Below are positions 19,051 to 29,392 of a DNA stretch of 64,000 bases, piece by piece; within the stretch, counting starts at the first letter, position 1, and each line of letters begins with the position of its first letter. A model generated the notes under the pieces. It made no database searches. It was not told where the DNA came from and saw only the letters and a list, made by a program, of their open reading frames with translations. A program made the translations under genes and the position numbers. The DNA is from a virus (taxonomy: Duplodnaviria; Caudoviricetes): the IMG/VR virus record IMGVR_UViG_3300020576_005098, positions 1-64,000 of that record; one strand, given 5' to 3'.

Positions 19051-21171
19051 TCATTTTGTGGACTTCTTCACACCAGCAAGCATTTGCCAGCGAGAAGTGT
19101 CGAAGCTGGGTTCAGCCGCAGTTGCTCCGAGCATTCTGGAGCCCTTTCCAGCAGATTCGGACAGAGTGTTTGCACTCTTGGCTTTGTCCAGAACCCTGGA
19201 AATGCGGTTGTAAATTTCCTTCGCTTCGGAGATTGTTTGGGCCTTGTCGAGGTACTCAACGATTTTGCGCTTTTGCGCCCCGGACAAATTGTCACGCACA
19301 AACAGTTTGTTTACATACAAAGACCTTGCAGTCAGGACTTGTGTTTCAGCCAGTTGACCACGAAGAATCTTGTTTTCTTGCAATGCGGAAACGGCTTTGG
19401 GGGTTTTGCCTCCCTTTGCTTTGGCAGATTCAGCGAGCATTTCTTCTTCGCTGTGTTCTTCCTCTTCGGAACCTTCTTCTCCACCCATGCCGAGATCAAT
19501 GTCATCCAAACCGCCCTCTGCACCAGCTTCGGCACCAGCAGAGTCCATTGGTTGACCATCAACGGAAACATTCACGTTTTCAACGCTGCTTCCATCAACT
19601 CCATCGAGATCAATGGTGAGAGAAAGGTGATCAGCCATATCTTCTTCTGAATCACCCATTGAAACTTCTTCTTCACCACTTGGGACTTCAACTTCTTCTT
19701 CTTCTGCACCAACAGCAAGTTCGGATTGTTCCTTGAGAGCCTTGATGCGAGCGCGAATCTTCTTCGCCTCAGCAACAACTTCCTCGTCGGAAATTTCCAA
19801 CATCATGTCATCTCCATCAGAGATAACTTCCTCTTCCTCTTCTTTTCCGTCGTAGCCCATTTCAGCCATCATAGCGGCAACTTCCTCTTCCAGTTGTTCG
19901 AGAAGAGATTCACCAGAAGGCTTGCCGGGCCAGTCTTTCTTTTCCTTGGTAGGGAAAGGAGCCTTTTCAGCTTCTGCCTTTGCTCCTGCTGTGTTTCCAG
20001 AAGACTTTTTGGCATGTTCGTCCGAACCGCCTTTTGAGTCACCCGCAGGGCTGACTTTTCCTACGTTGTGTTCAAAACCTTCCGCACCCTCAAAGAGTTG
20101 ACGGAGCAGAGCTTTCACTGATGTGTTGTTTGTTGCCTTAGACATTGTTTTTGTACCCTTTGTAAGCGGAATTGCGAGATAACTATTGATAACAGCAAGG
20201 TTTTCCCGCAAAAGACCAATGCGGTGCTCTTCAAGACGAAATGTGCTGTTAGAAATCAACTTCGACTTGTTAAGTTTTTCCAAACCTTCGTAAAGACGGA
20301 ACAACTCTTTTTCGTAAGCAGCCATCTTTTTTTCAGACAGAGGAGAGTTCCCAGGCTTCCTGAGAGCCAGGATTTCCTCTTCCTTGGCCTCAATCATTTC
20401 TTTCAAAACTTCATAAGCTTCGCTCATCATTGGAGCTTGTTCGCCAGGAGCAGGCATCTCTTCTGTGTTGGCAACAATCGGTGGTTTCGCTGCTTGTTCC
20501 TTGATGAACTTTGCAACAACCTTGTGGATTTCTGCCAAAGGACTTGGAGGTGGCAGTTGTTCTTCTTCTGGGGTTGGTGGTGGTGGAGGTGTTTCCATTC
20601 CAGGAGCAGGAGTTGAAGCAGCGGGTGGCATTCCTTCCATTGCAGCAGCCATTGGATCAGCAGCCGGTGGCTCCGACCCAGCGGTTGGAGGAACTTCTGA
20701 AGTTCCTGTCATTGCCGGGTTGATTTCTTTTTGGAAGAGAGCATCCACCGGGATAACAATTTGCTGTTCCCCAGCAGGACCAACATCAATCTTTCCAAGA
20801 ACTGGTGAGCCTGGAGAGACGATTGGGGGAGAAGCGGCAGAGACTGCTGGAGGCATGGAAGGCATACCTGTCCCAGCCATTGGTTGTGGAGGAGCCACTT
20901 CCGCCGATGTTGGCGTGGGAGAAATTGGCCCCGTTGCCCCAGCGTCTGGACTTGGAGCAGGAGGAGCAGGAGGAGGAAGTTCTTCGGCTGGGAGTGGATC
21001 TTCCTGCTCCAGAATTATTCCTGAAATTTCTTTGTCGATCATTTGCTTGATCACTGGAGCAACAGCTTCCAGCACGGCTGCTTTCGCTTCTGCTGTTGCT
21101 GCCTCACGAAGCTTTTTCGCTTCAATCAAGGCTTCTTGAAACAATGGGGTTGTTGACATTATGTTCTCCAA
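19051..21171 (-). CDS. prohead core/scaffold protein
   Basis: Immediately upstream of capsid; acidic low-complexity body, many (L/I)xE sites, C-terminal KIVEYLDKAQTISEAKEIY...RWQMLAG. Confidence 0.7.
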   Translation of the reverse strand: MENIMSTTPLFQEALIEAKKLREAATAEAKAAVLEAVAPVIKQMIDKEISGIILEQEDPLPAEELPPPAPPAPSPDAGATGPISPTPTSAEVAPPQPMAGTGMPSMPPAVSAASPPIVSPGSPVLGKIDVGPAGEQQIVIPVDALFQKEINPAMTGTSEVPPTAGSEPPAADPMAAAMEGMPPAASTPAPGMETPPPPPTPEEEQLPPPSPLAEIHKVVAKFIKEQAAKPPIVANTEEMPAPGEQAPMMSEAYEVLKEMIEAKEEEILALRKPGNSPLSEKKMAAYEKELFRLYEGLEKLNKSKLISNSTFRLEEHRIGLLRENLAVINSYLAIPLTKGTKTMSKATNNTSVKALLRQLFEGAEGFEHNVGKVSPAGDSKGGSDEHAKKSSGNTAGAKAEAEKAPFPTKEKKDWPGKPSGESLLEQLEEEVAAMMAEMGYDGKEEEEEVISDGDDMMLEISDEEVVAEAKKIRARIKALKEQSELAVGAEEEEVEVPSGEEEVSMGDSEEDMADHLSLTIDLDGVDGSSVENVNVSVDGQPMDSAGAEAGAEGGLDDIDLGMGGEEGSEEEEHSEEEMLAESAKAKGGKTPKAVSALQENKILRGQLAETQVLTARSLYVNKLFVRDNLSGAQKRKIVEYLDKAQTISEAKEIYNRISRVLDKAKSANTLSESAGKGSRMLGATAAEPSFDTSRWQMLAGVKKSTK

Positions 21172-21192
21172 AAACTAGGTATTTCTCAAAAC

Positions 21193-21834
21193 TCACACTG
21201 GACGTGGGAATTGTCCTCTTGCTGCTTCTGGGGATGTTCCGTTGGTTGCACCAGAACCGACACCAAGCTTAAAACGTCTAACAGCACCAACGTTTGTCAC
21301 TCTGGTAAGAGCGTCAGTGTTGCTGTGCGCCTCATTGGCAGGGTTGTCCAAGTTGACTGGTCCGGAGTTGACTGGTCCGGCTTGCAAAACTTGAGTCGAA
21401 GTGCTCAAAATGCCACGCAAAGCATTTGGATCCACACCGTTGCCTTCTCCTGGGGAAGCAATTGTTGGAGTAAACGCATTTCCAAGCTTCAACCTGTTTC
21501 TTTCTTCTTCAGAAAGATCAATTGGTTTTACTCTTGGTTCAACATATTCAGGACTTGTTGCTTGCGGACCTGTTGGTGTAAAGTTCCTTGCATATTGAGG
21601 AAAATCAGGGTTTTGACCATTTGCCCCAGGTGTTGCAAAGTCTTCTGGTCGTGCCATCAAGGCACGAGCCTCTTCGAGAGCAACCCGTTGCTGCTCTGCG
21701 GTGATGGGTGATCCAATAAAAGCAGCTTGAAGGCTTGTTTGGTTTCGGACGCCGAGTGTTCCAGCAGCGGGACCAGTTCCGTATCCGGTTCTGGATGGGG
21801 GTGATACGTTAGACTCGTATTTTGGTGGGGACAT
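21193..21834 (-). CDS. hypothetical head-module protein
   Basis: 213 aa; TAGTTA motif upstream. Confidence 0.7.
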   Translation of the reverse strand: MSPPKYESNVSPPSRTGYGTGPAAGTLGVRNQTSLQAAFIGSPITAEQQRVALEEARALMARPEDFATPGANGQNPDFPQYARNFTPTGPQATSPEYVEPRVKPIDLSEEERNRLKLGNAFTPTIASPGEGNGVDPNALRGILSTSTQVLQAGPVNSGPVNLDNPANEAHSNTDALTRVTNVGAVRRFKLGVGSGATNGTSPEAARGQFPRPV

Positions 21835-21883
21835 GTGTCATAACTCCTTGTTTGTATGGAGTAACTATGACAACTGGGAGGGA

Positions 21884-22516
21884 TTAGAAGGAATTGTGTT
21901 TGTTCATTCCTGGAAGCGAGCCACCGCCGGGAGCAAAACCACCTGGAGGTCTGTTCGTAATTGGCTTGTTGAATGCAAGTCTTGCCCAAGGCGAAACAGC
22001 ACCCTCATTCAACATTCCAGCGGGTTGAGGAGGTTGAAAGTTTGGATCTCTTGGAGGAAGAGGGTTTCTTGGAACCATCTGCTGTGGCTGGAAGGCTTGT
22101 GGCATTGGAACGTGTTGAGTCTGTGGAAAACCAAATGGTTGTTGTGGGACAGGTTGTTGGACCACTTGTTGAAACATTGGAAATTGGTTCAAACTCACAC
22201 CTTCAGCAACAGCGTTTTCTTGTGCTTCTATTTCGGGAATGGTTCGCATCATTGTGTCCATGAAAATCTCATTCATGACAGATGCTTGTTTTGGATTTCC
22301 TTTTGCCGCAGCGATAGCAGCAGCTTGGATTCTTGGATCAACAGCAGGTTGTACCATCATTTGCTGTTGACTTTCCATGACAAGATTGGTAAACATGCTG
22401 TTGAAAGCACCTTCGGCAATCAGTTCTCTGAGACTTTCTTTGACAACAGACTTAAATTCTGACCTGGAAATTTTGAGACCTTTGCCGTTCGGCGTTGTTG
22501 TTTGATTTGGCTTCAT
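21884..22516 (-). CDS. hypothetical head-module protein (Q/P-rich)
   Basis: 210 aa; FKSVVKESLRELIAE N-terminal motif. Confidence 0.7.
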   Translation of the reverse strand: MKPNQTTTPNGKGLKISRSEFKSVVKESLRELIAEGAFNSMFTNLVMESQQQMMVQPAVDPRIQAAAIAAAKGNPKQASVMNEIFMDTMMRTIPEIEAQENAVAEGVSLNQFPMFQQVVQQPVPQQPFGFPQTQHVPMPQAFQPQQMVPRNPLPPRDPNFQPPQPAGMLNEGAVSPWARLAFNKPITNRPPGGFAPGGGSLPGMNKHNSF

Positions 22517-22517
22517 G

Positions 22518-23138
22518 TTATTTCTTCCTCATCGAGAGAATGTCGTTTGCTACTCGATCTACCAAGTCAGCTTTAGTGAAAACCTTCCGAACGACTGACG
22601 GATCACATTCTTTTGCTTCGGCAAGATACATGAAAGCTTGTGGAGTTGATGGTTCGCTCACAAAATCCCAGCAAATGATTTGAAGATCTTCTTGAACAAC
22701 GTTGACGTTGTTTTCTTTCTGAAGGGAGCCAAGTGCTCTGCTGGAGATTCCTGGTCTGCACTTCCTACTGATCAACGCTTCGATGATTTTACCAGAAGGA
22801 GTTGGAAGAATTTCAACTTTGCCATAAACCACATCGCCTTCCATCCAAATTTCTCTGATGACATGGGAAATGTTTTTCATGTTCACGATTGGTTCGTTCG
22901 CATGATCCAACTCGCCAAAAGCTCTGTCCTCTCTGATGAGTTTTTCATAGTTCCGAACCTCTCGCTGGAGGATGTCCCTTGGGTAGACTCTTCCATTTTG
23001 ATTCAGGGTGTTTGCTTTTTGAAGGATTCCTTTAAGAATCAATGGCTTGCCTTCAACGTAGTTGTTAACAGCTTCATCATCATATTCAAAGCTGGCAACT
23101 TCTTTCAAAAGAAGGGTTTTGTTGTTTGTGGTTGTCAT
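22518..23138 (-). CDS. gp21: prohead protease (gp21-like)
   Basis: NQNGRVYP, FGELDH, GISSRALGS, WDFVSEPS catalytic motifs. Confidence 0.92.
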   Translation of the reverse strand: MTTTNNKTLLLKEVASFEYDDEAVNNYVEGKPLILKGILQKANTLNQNGRVYPRDILQREVRNYEKLIREDRAFGELDHANEPIVNMKNISHVIREIWMEGDVVYGKVEILPTPSGKIIEALISRKCRPGISSRALGSLQKENNVNVVQEDLQIICWDFVSEPSTPQAFMYLAEAKECDPSVVRKVFTKADLVDRVANDILSMRKK

Positions 23139-23143
23139 GGTTT

Positions 23144-24031
23144 TTATTTCTCCTTGAGTTCTGATTCCAACTTGGAAACACCAAGGTAGAAACTGACTGT
23201 TTCTTCCGAAAGAAGATCAGTGTTGGAATATTCCTTCATCAACAAATCATTGATCGTGTTCAGTTTCTCGGTGAGAATTTTGTCGTTTGAAAACTCATGA
23301 AGACTTGCAGCCAGGGTTTTTGAAAACCTTGTTTTGACAGCAGAAAGACTTTCCAACAAAGCACGTCTGGAGTTTTCGTCTTCCTTCGCAAACACAAAGA
23401 GGTTGATAATGTTTTTCTGCTCTGGATTCAGGTGAGCATATTTCGCATTAACTTTTTCGGTCATGATGCTGATGACGAGTTTGTCTATGTCACCTTCAGT
23501 CATGTTTGTTGCGGCTTCTGTCAAAGAAACTGTCGGTTGTTTGTTAGACTCCAGCATCCACTCAACCAAGCGGTTTTCCAATTCAACCGTTTCTGCAACC
23601 AAGGAAACCGATTCCGTTAGGGCTTGATCTCTCCAGGTGTTCAGAAGAACTTGAATTGTTGCAAGCTTTTTATACTCGACAATGTTCTCATCGAAAAAGC
23701 TTGGGCAGTTGAGCTTGTTTGTCACTTCAAGAACAAGTGCTGCCTTTTCCAGATCAAGTCTCGCTTGGCTTTGGTACTTGACAGAACCCCTAACCCTTTC
23801 AATCAAATGATAAGCTTGTTCCGGGGTTTTTACGTTGGCCTCTGACAGCGCCTTGATCAGCTTCAATTCCTTGAAAATGTCTGTGGAAGGATTGAAACTT
23901 TTCTTCAAAAGCACTTTGGCTTTTTGGAGGTCGGAGTCTCTCCCATCCAGCACAGCTTTGCCAATGTATCGAACAAAGAACTCATACAGGAGTCCAGTGT
24001 TCCGCTTCTTATTGTGCTTGAGTTTTTGCAT
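23144..24031 (-). CDS. hypothetical protein between portal and protease
   Basis: 295 aa; KLKHNKKRNTGLLYEF N-terminus; late motif upstream. Confidence 0.75.
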   Translation of the reverse strand: MQKLKHNKKRNTGLLYEFFVRYIGKAVLDGRDSDLQKAKVLLKKSFNPSTDIFKELKLIKALSEANVKTPEQAYHLIERVRGSVKYQSQARLDLEKAALVLEVTNKLNCPSFFDENIVEYKKLATIQVLLNTWRDQALTESVSLVAETVELENRLVEWMLESNKQPTVSLTEAATNMTEGDIDKLVISIMTEKVNAKYAHLNPEQKNIINLFVFAKEDENSRRALLESLSAVKTRFSKTLAASLHEFSNDKILTEKLNTINDLLMKEYSNTDLLSEETVSFYLGVSKLESELKEK

Positions 24032-24054
24032 GGTCTAAATGCGGATAACTAGAA

Positions 24055-26139
24055 CTATTCGCCTGAATTCGTAGGATCTGGTTCACCAGCCAACCCGAGC
24101 AACTCGTTCATCATATCCTCTTCTTCTGTTCCAACTCCTTGGATCCCTTTCTGGTTATCCTCCACACCCTCAGACATAATCACTTCATTCCCAGGGTTTT
24201 TCACTCTCAGCGCCTCAGCCAACCCCCTCAAAGAAGATTGCAACTCTTTTGGAAGACGCTTTCCAATTCTCCTTGCCTTCTTCTCTTCTTCCTCCAACAT
24301 AAACTTCCTGGTTCCAGCGATGTCATAGGGATCCTTGGAATATCTGTTGCCCGTAATGTCCAACATGCTCTTGAAATCTGGAAGAGAGAGAGCACGGTTG
24401 CCGGTGAATTCTTTACTACCCCCTCTATCCCGCTTAAACGCCTTATCCAGGCTGGGTGTTGGGTTGAACTTAATCGGGGTGCTTCCACCCTTTTGAACGC
24501 CCTGGTTAATCCCCTGGGTGCCTTTACGGGCCTCCTCTCTTGCCTTGGCAATGGCAGCCTGATGCTTCCGTTCCATTTCTTGGTTTTCAATTTCCAGACT
24601 TCTGACTTCTTTTTGATCAGGAGCAAATGGAGAAGATGGAACCTCGTAGTTTGCTTTGTCAAAGATATCGACACTACTCTCCATGCTTTTATCAAACACC
24701 GGGTTCTCCAAAATCATCTTCAACTCAGCAATTCTAAGTTGATCCTGCTTGGCTTCTTGCCAAATGGTGTTCATTTCCTCTGGTCGGAGACCAAGAATCT
24801 CTCTCTGAATCCAAGGGAAAGAAAGAATACCCGTCTCTTTGCCTATCTCCAAAGCTTTGGAGGCTGTTTCGATTTTACTGGAAATCAGTGCGAGTTTTTG
24901 TTGGACTGCGACGGTGGAGGGGTTGGAGAATTTCAGTTCAAAGTTGAGAAGATCATCTCCACTGAATCCAAGTGAGTAAAGATGAATCATTGCGAGTTTT
25001 TCGAGTTCAGCAACAATGATTTTTTGAAGGTGGGCAATCGTTCTTGAAAACCGAATGTCTTCTTGGGCGAGTGTTGCTTTACTTGAGATTGCTTCGTCGT
25101 ATGTCAAATAAGCTCTTGGAACCATCAAAGCAGCAATGAGTTTCTTGTGAATGAACTCAATGTCTTCGATGGCTGTTGCGTTTGTAGCACCAGCCAACGA
25201 TTCAATTTTTGTTAGGCTGTTTGGTCTTGCTGGAAGGTAGTAATCTTCATCAATAGCAAGAGGGTTGTAGCGAAAATCTTGTCTGCCTTGTTGTTGTTCA
25301 ATGACAGAAGTGCCCTTCATTGATTCTTTAACGGCTTCCATGTAGGAAGGAATATCATTCGGCTGAATTGCAGTGACATCAACATAAAAGACCCTCCGCT
25401 CTGGTGAACGAACAAGTCGGTAAACCAACATAGAATCTTCCATCATAATGAGTTGACGGAATGGCCTTCTGGCACTCTCCAGAAAACTTGTTCCATATGG
25501 CAAGAACAAATCATTCCCCAGAATCCTGAAGTGAAGCATTTGCCAGTTTTCCAAATACTTTCCACCTCTTGAAACAAGTCTAAATCTCACCGCATAAGGA
25601 TCGTTGCGATCAAACCCTTCTTCTCTTTCCACTTCATTAACAGGAAGAGGTTCACAGTTGATCACTCCATAGTTCGGAACAACCTCAACATACATGAAGT
25701 AATCTCCATTCTTGACGAGGTTCCGGATCATCCTTCTGCCGTTGAACTCAATGTTCATTACATCATAGAAGAGTTCTTCCAGAGCCTTTTGAACTTGTTG
25801 GTTGTCACTATAAATGTGGAAAGTGTTTCCGTTTTCGTCCGAGGCACAACTTTCATCAGCATAGATGTTTAGTGCGGTTGCAATGTCTGGAAAGTTCTCC
25901 ATTTCGGCAAACTCGGCGTATCGACTCATGCGATCAAGAACGCCGTAGGCACCAAGAACAGAGAATGGCGAAGCTTCTTTCTTGAAGCCAGAGGCGCCAT
26001 AATAACCAAGGTTGTTTTGGACGACTTGGTTGTCGTAATAGTTTTTGTAGTCTTGTCCCTTAACCTTCCGTCTAATTGCTGGGCCTGATCGAAAGAGTCT
26101 TGTTAGACGTTGATAGAAGGTTTTTTCTTGCTTTGCCAT
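24055..26139 (-). CDS. gp20: portal protein (gp20-like)
   Basis: QLIMMEDSMLVYRLVRSPERRVFYVDV, EDYYLP, ALMVPRAYL, QEDIRFSRTI motifs. Confidence 0.92.
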   Translation of the reverse strand: MAKQEKTFYQRLTRLFRSGPAIRRKVKGQDYKNYYDNQVVQNNLGYYGASGFKKEASPFSVLGAYGVLDRMSRYAEFAEMENFPDIATALNIYADESCASDENGNTFHIYSDNQQVQKALEELFYDVMNIEFNGRRMIRNLVKNGDYFMYVEVVPNYGVINCEPLPVNEVEREEGFDRNDPYAVRFRLVSRGGKYLENWQMLHFRILGNDLFLPYGTSFLESARRPFRQLIMMEDSMLVYRLVRSPERRVFYVDVTAIQPNDIPSYMEAVKESMKGTSVIEQQQGRQDFRYNPLAIDEDYYLPARPNSLTKIESLAGATNATAIEDIEFIHKKLIAALMVPRAYLTYDEAISSKATLAQEDIRFSRTIAHLQKIIVAELEKLAMIHLYSLGFSGDDLLNFELKFSNPSTVAVQQKLALISSKIETASKALEIGKETGILSFPWIQREILGLRPEEMNTIWQEAKQDQLRIAELKMILENPVFDKSMESSVDIFDKANYEVPSSPFAPDQKEVRSLEIENQEMERKHQAAIAKAREEARKGTQGINQGVQKGGSTPIKFNPTPSLDKAFKRDRGGSKEFTGNRALSLPDFKSMLDITGNRYSKDPYDIAGTRKFMLEEEEKKARRIGKRLPKELQSSLRGLAEALRVKNPGNEVIMSEGVEDNQKGIQGVGTEEEDMMNELLGLAGEPDPTNSGE

Positions 26140-26156
26140 GTTGTTTACTTATCCAT

Positions 26157-26525
26157 ATGCCTTTGTCAGAACTAGCAAAAGACAGAATCGCATACGTTGC
26201 AGCGTATGTGCAGGATTCCATTACCGATTGGTTCGTCCTAAAGATCGAGATTATCAGGGCGTTTGGTAGAAATGACAGGAAGAAGTTGGGAATGAGCAAG
26301 AGACATCCCAGCACTGAGAAGATGTTTGTCAATGAAATAGACAGGGAAATCATGGAGTATTGGGAGCTACTTACGGGGGTAAAACCCTTTGTAGATGAGA
26401 CAAAACTGCATGATCCAAATTGGGTTTACAGACCATCTGGATGGAGACTGCCGGAAATCAATGAAAAACGCAAAGCAGAACGACAAGCGGCCAAGTCTTC
26501 GAAAAATCATTCTGGAGCAGGATGA
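26157..26525 (+). CDS. hypothetical protein
   Basis: Start inferred at MPLSE, just after TACTTA (26146-26151). Confidence 0.6.
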   Translation: MPLSELAKDRIAYVAAYVQDSITDWFVLKIEIIRAFGRNDRKKLGMSKRHPSTEKMFVNEIDREIMEYWELLTGVKPFVDETKLHDPNWVYRPSGWRLPEINEKRKAERQAAKSSKNHSGAG

Positions 26526-27576
26526 TTACGATTTTGGGGATTACAGTGATTATGGGACTGGATATGGCGGGAGTTATTCCGATTCTTCCACTGAAGGGTC
26601 TGGAAAAGGACTTGCGAGGATAACAAGCCGTGAAGCTCTTCCCGGACTTCTCATGTCTCCAGTGGTTGACGTTGCCAACGCCTTCAAAAAGTTTGGTGCG
26701 AAAGTGGGAACGAAGGCGGCTGGAATCGTTGTCTCTACTCTCACACAAGCTATCGCTGCCGTTATGCCGTTCAACAATCCCTTGTCAGTAGACTATGTGG
26801 ATAGAAAGTTTCGTTTCTGGGACACCAAAGCTCTCGCTTTTATTGAGAAACAGTTCCAAAAAGAAACAGCATTGATGAGGCAAGGTTGGGAGACATTCAA
26901 AACGGATTTCTGGGGCTTGGGTTTTGTTGCTTCTCCGTATGATATGGTTGCTGCCGCCATTACCGCAGAAAAGGGAATAGACGCCAGTTTGTCCGTTTTG
27001 AATGTTATCACTGGCGGATATGTTGATAAGCTGATTGCCAAAGTTTTGAGGGCGAAGGGTGATCCTGGAACATTAAAGGGATATATTCAACGCCACAGTT
27101 GGGGGCAGCGAGCCCAAGAGTTTGCTGGCAACACATATCATCCAGATGACGAGGAGTACAACCCTTTCATCAGGGAGTCCACAGGCTCAAACGATTATGA
27201 TTCCATGCCACTTCCGGAAAAAATCAACATTCTCAAGAAGGAGTTGGGGGAAGAAGAAGCCAACAAGGTTCTTGGTGCTGTTGCCAATGATGTAATGAAG
27301 AGTCCAGAGGGCGAAGAAGCAGAAAAGAAATGGGTAGCAAAAAATCTTCCTCTGGTTGCTGGGGGGCTTTTTACGGCTCTTGATAAAGATTTGAGGGCTG
27401 GGGTAGTTCCTGGTGTTTCTCTGCCACAGATAAAGCTCTGGAAGCGATCTGCGGGGTCTTTGGCGCAGAAGGCAGTGATGGATACCATTGCCAAGTCAAA
27501 GGTGAAGGTTACTCCTCCCGATGGTGCTCTTGAAGCTGTAAAAACCTTTGTCGATAGAACTGTAACCAAAGCATAA
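26461..27576 (+). CDS. hypothetical protein, possibly virion-associated
   Basis: LRKIILEQ motif near the inferred start; hydrophobic helices. Confidence 0.7.
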   Translation: MKNAKQNDKRPSLRKIILEQDDYDFGDYSDYGTGYGGSYSDSSTEGSGKGLARITSREALPGLLMSPVVDVANAFKKFGAKVGTKAAGIVVSTLTQAIAAVMPFNNPLSVDYVDRKFRFWDTKALAFIEKQFQKETALMRQGWETFKTDFWGLGFVASPYDMVAAAITAEKGIDASLSVLNVITGGYVDKLIAKVLRAKGDPGTLKGYIQRHSWGQRAQEFAGNTYHPDDEEYNPFIRESTGSNDYDSMPLPEKINILKKELGEEEANKVLGAVANDVMKSPEGEEAEKKWVAKNLPLVAGGLFTALDKDLRAGVVPGVSLPQIKLWKRSAGSLAQKAVMDTIAKSKVKVTPPDGALEAVKTFVDRTVTKA

Positions 27577-27649
27577 GCTATACAACGTTTTTTCTGTCTT
27601 GTTACCATAGGCATGAACATTCCCAACAAGTTTTGGGAAAAGAGGATTT

Positions 27650-27946
27650 ATGCCAAAACGAAGCAAGAAGCAGAATGAAGATGTAGCGAATGAAATGCCG
27701 GAGAACATTGGTGATCTGAAACCAATCGTGGATGAGTTTGTTTCCAGGATGAGAAATCTGGAGAATGAGGAGCAACTTCTCAGAGAATCAAAGAAGGAAC
27801 TGATCGAAGAGTATTCATCCAAGTTGGATACCAAGACTTTGAAGATGGCACTGAGAGTTGTTGATGTGAAGTCAAAGGTTCAGCACAAACACTATTTTGA
27901 CTTGTTTCTCCGAGTTTTGGAAGGGGACGTGGACGAACAGTCATGA
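27650..27946 (+). CDS. DsbA/GapR(DUF2312)-like dsDNA-binding protein
   Basis: IVDEFVSRMRNLENEEQLLRESKKELIEEYSSKLDTKTLKMALR resembles the T4 DsbA/GapR helix pattern. Confidence 0.55.
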   Translation: MPKRSKKQNEDVANEMPENIGDLKPIVDEFVSRMRNLENEEQLLRESKKELIEEYSSKLDTKTLKMALRVVDVKSKVQHKHYFDLFLRVLEGDVDEQS

Positions 27947-28434
27947 AAAAGCAACTTCGGAAATTGAATTACATCCCAGAGATTTTGTATGAGGCTCCAA
28001 GCCGTCCTGGGGAAAAGGTTTCGCCTATTCCTTATGTGGTGATTCCAAAAGACAAGGATATGCCAGCGGGCATCTACATCATGCGTTATTCTCAAACAGG
28101 AGAGTATGAAGTTGGAGATGATGGCAAACCTGATGAGATCATGGATGGACCTTATCCCCACATGTTTGTTGACTTCGCCATCCTGGAAGAAGTTATCCAT
28201 GAAGAGTTCCCAGCGACAAGTTCGGTAGATTCAAGGAAACTGATTGATGCCATTCGTGTTGGTCTTGGCCTGCTTCCAGCAGCCAAAGCCAAAAAAGAAG
28301 GTGAGGCGATGTTGGATCGTGTTGTTCAGGCAGCGAACAAAATTGTTGAAGAGAAGATTGCCACACAACAAGAGCGAAAAGAGTTGTACGAGAAGATTAT
28401 TCTCAATGGCGATGGAGGCGAAAAGGACAAATGA
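27943..28434 (+). CDS. hypothetical protein
   Basis: 163 aa; ATGA overlaps. Confidence 0.7.
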   Translation: MKKQLRKLNYIPEILYEAPSRPGEKVSPIPYVVIPKDKDMPAGIYIMRYSQTGEYEVGDDGKPDEIMDGPYPHMFVDFAILEEVIHEEFPATSSVDSRKLIDAIRVGLGLLPAAKAKKEGEAMLDRVVQAANKIVEEKIATQQERKELYEKIILNGDGGEKDK

Positions 28435-28847
28435 GATTTCATCCGTCAGTTATTGAAAGTATCATTCTTGCTTGCAGGAACTACGGAGGCCACGCATCAG
28501 AAAAAAAGCTTAGGGATGTGCTGTCTGCAAAGAGATACGCGGCATATTCTGGGGAGCGTTCGGATGTTGTTCTCGTAGATGCTGGAGAATATATGAAGGC
28601 CGTGATTCAACAGGGACGTGCCGTAACTGGCATGGTTCCAATGGCCCTTCACGCCAATGCTTTTGAAAAGATCATGTATCTGTTTGATCTTTACTCAGGA
28701 TATGACAACGAGCAAAAGCTTAGAAACGCTTTGGTTGCGTTGGATTTGACTCCGTATGAGAAAAAGACGGGTGTTAGCAGCGGCGAAACAATCCTTGTTT
28801 TGACAGAAGAATACAATCGAGTTCTTCAAGGGACACCAAAGCGATGA
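28431..28847 (+). CDS. hypothetical protein
   Basis: 138 aa; ATGA overlaps. Confidence 0.7.
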   Translation: MRFHPSVIESIILACRNYGGHASEKKLRDVLSAKRYAAYSGERSDVVLVDAGEYMKAVIQQGRAVTGMVPMALHANAFEKIMYLFDLYSGYDNEQKLRNALVALDLTPYEKKTGVSSGETILVLTEEYNRVLQGTPKR

Positions 28848-29392
28848 GTTACTCCATAGGCCAAATCATTTATGTCTTGTCTGAAAAGACACAGGTCGTT
28901 CTGCCTGGAATTGTTTGTGAAGAAATCAATCACAAAACGCTGGATGGGGTCAAAACGTCTTACCGTGTTGCCATTGGTCCAGCAAACAAACAACGTGTTG
29001 TTGATCTTACAACGGTTGATGGTGAGGTCTATGGTGACTTGCAAGAAGTTAGAAACGTTCTCATTAGTCGGCTAACAGCCTTCGTTGACAACCTCTGCAA
29101 CACAACAAACGAGCGTGTTCAACAGTGGTATGGACAAAACAACGGACAAAAATCTCAACCAGCCACACCAAATGGAAAATTGGATCCAAGCGATCTTATC
29201 AACGAGGTTGACTCATCTCAACAGGTTCATCATCAACCAACTCAACAACCAACTCAACCAAGAACAGCCCCAGCACACCACGCAAACGCAGCCGGGAGAT
29301 TCGCTGATCCAGAACTTTTCTCAAGAGAATTTGTAGACAATGATGGTGTCGTGAAAAAAATTCAAATCAACGTTCCAGGATTCCAAGAATAA
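28844..29392 (+). CDS. hypothetical protein
   Basis: 182 aa; translationally coupled to groEL. Confidence 0.7.
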   Translation: MSYSIGQIIYVLSEKTQVVLPGIVCEEINHKTLDGVKTSYRVAIGPANKQRVVDLTTVDGEVYGDLQEVRNVLISRLTAFVDNLCNTTNERVQQWYGQNNGQKSQPATPNGKLDPSDLINEVDSSQQVHHQPTQQPTQPRTAPAHHANAAGRFADPELFSREFVDNDGVVKKIQINVPGFQE

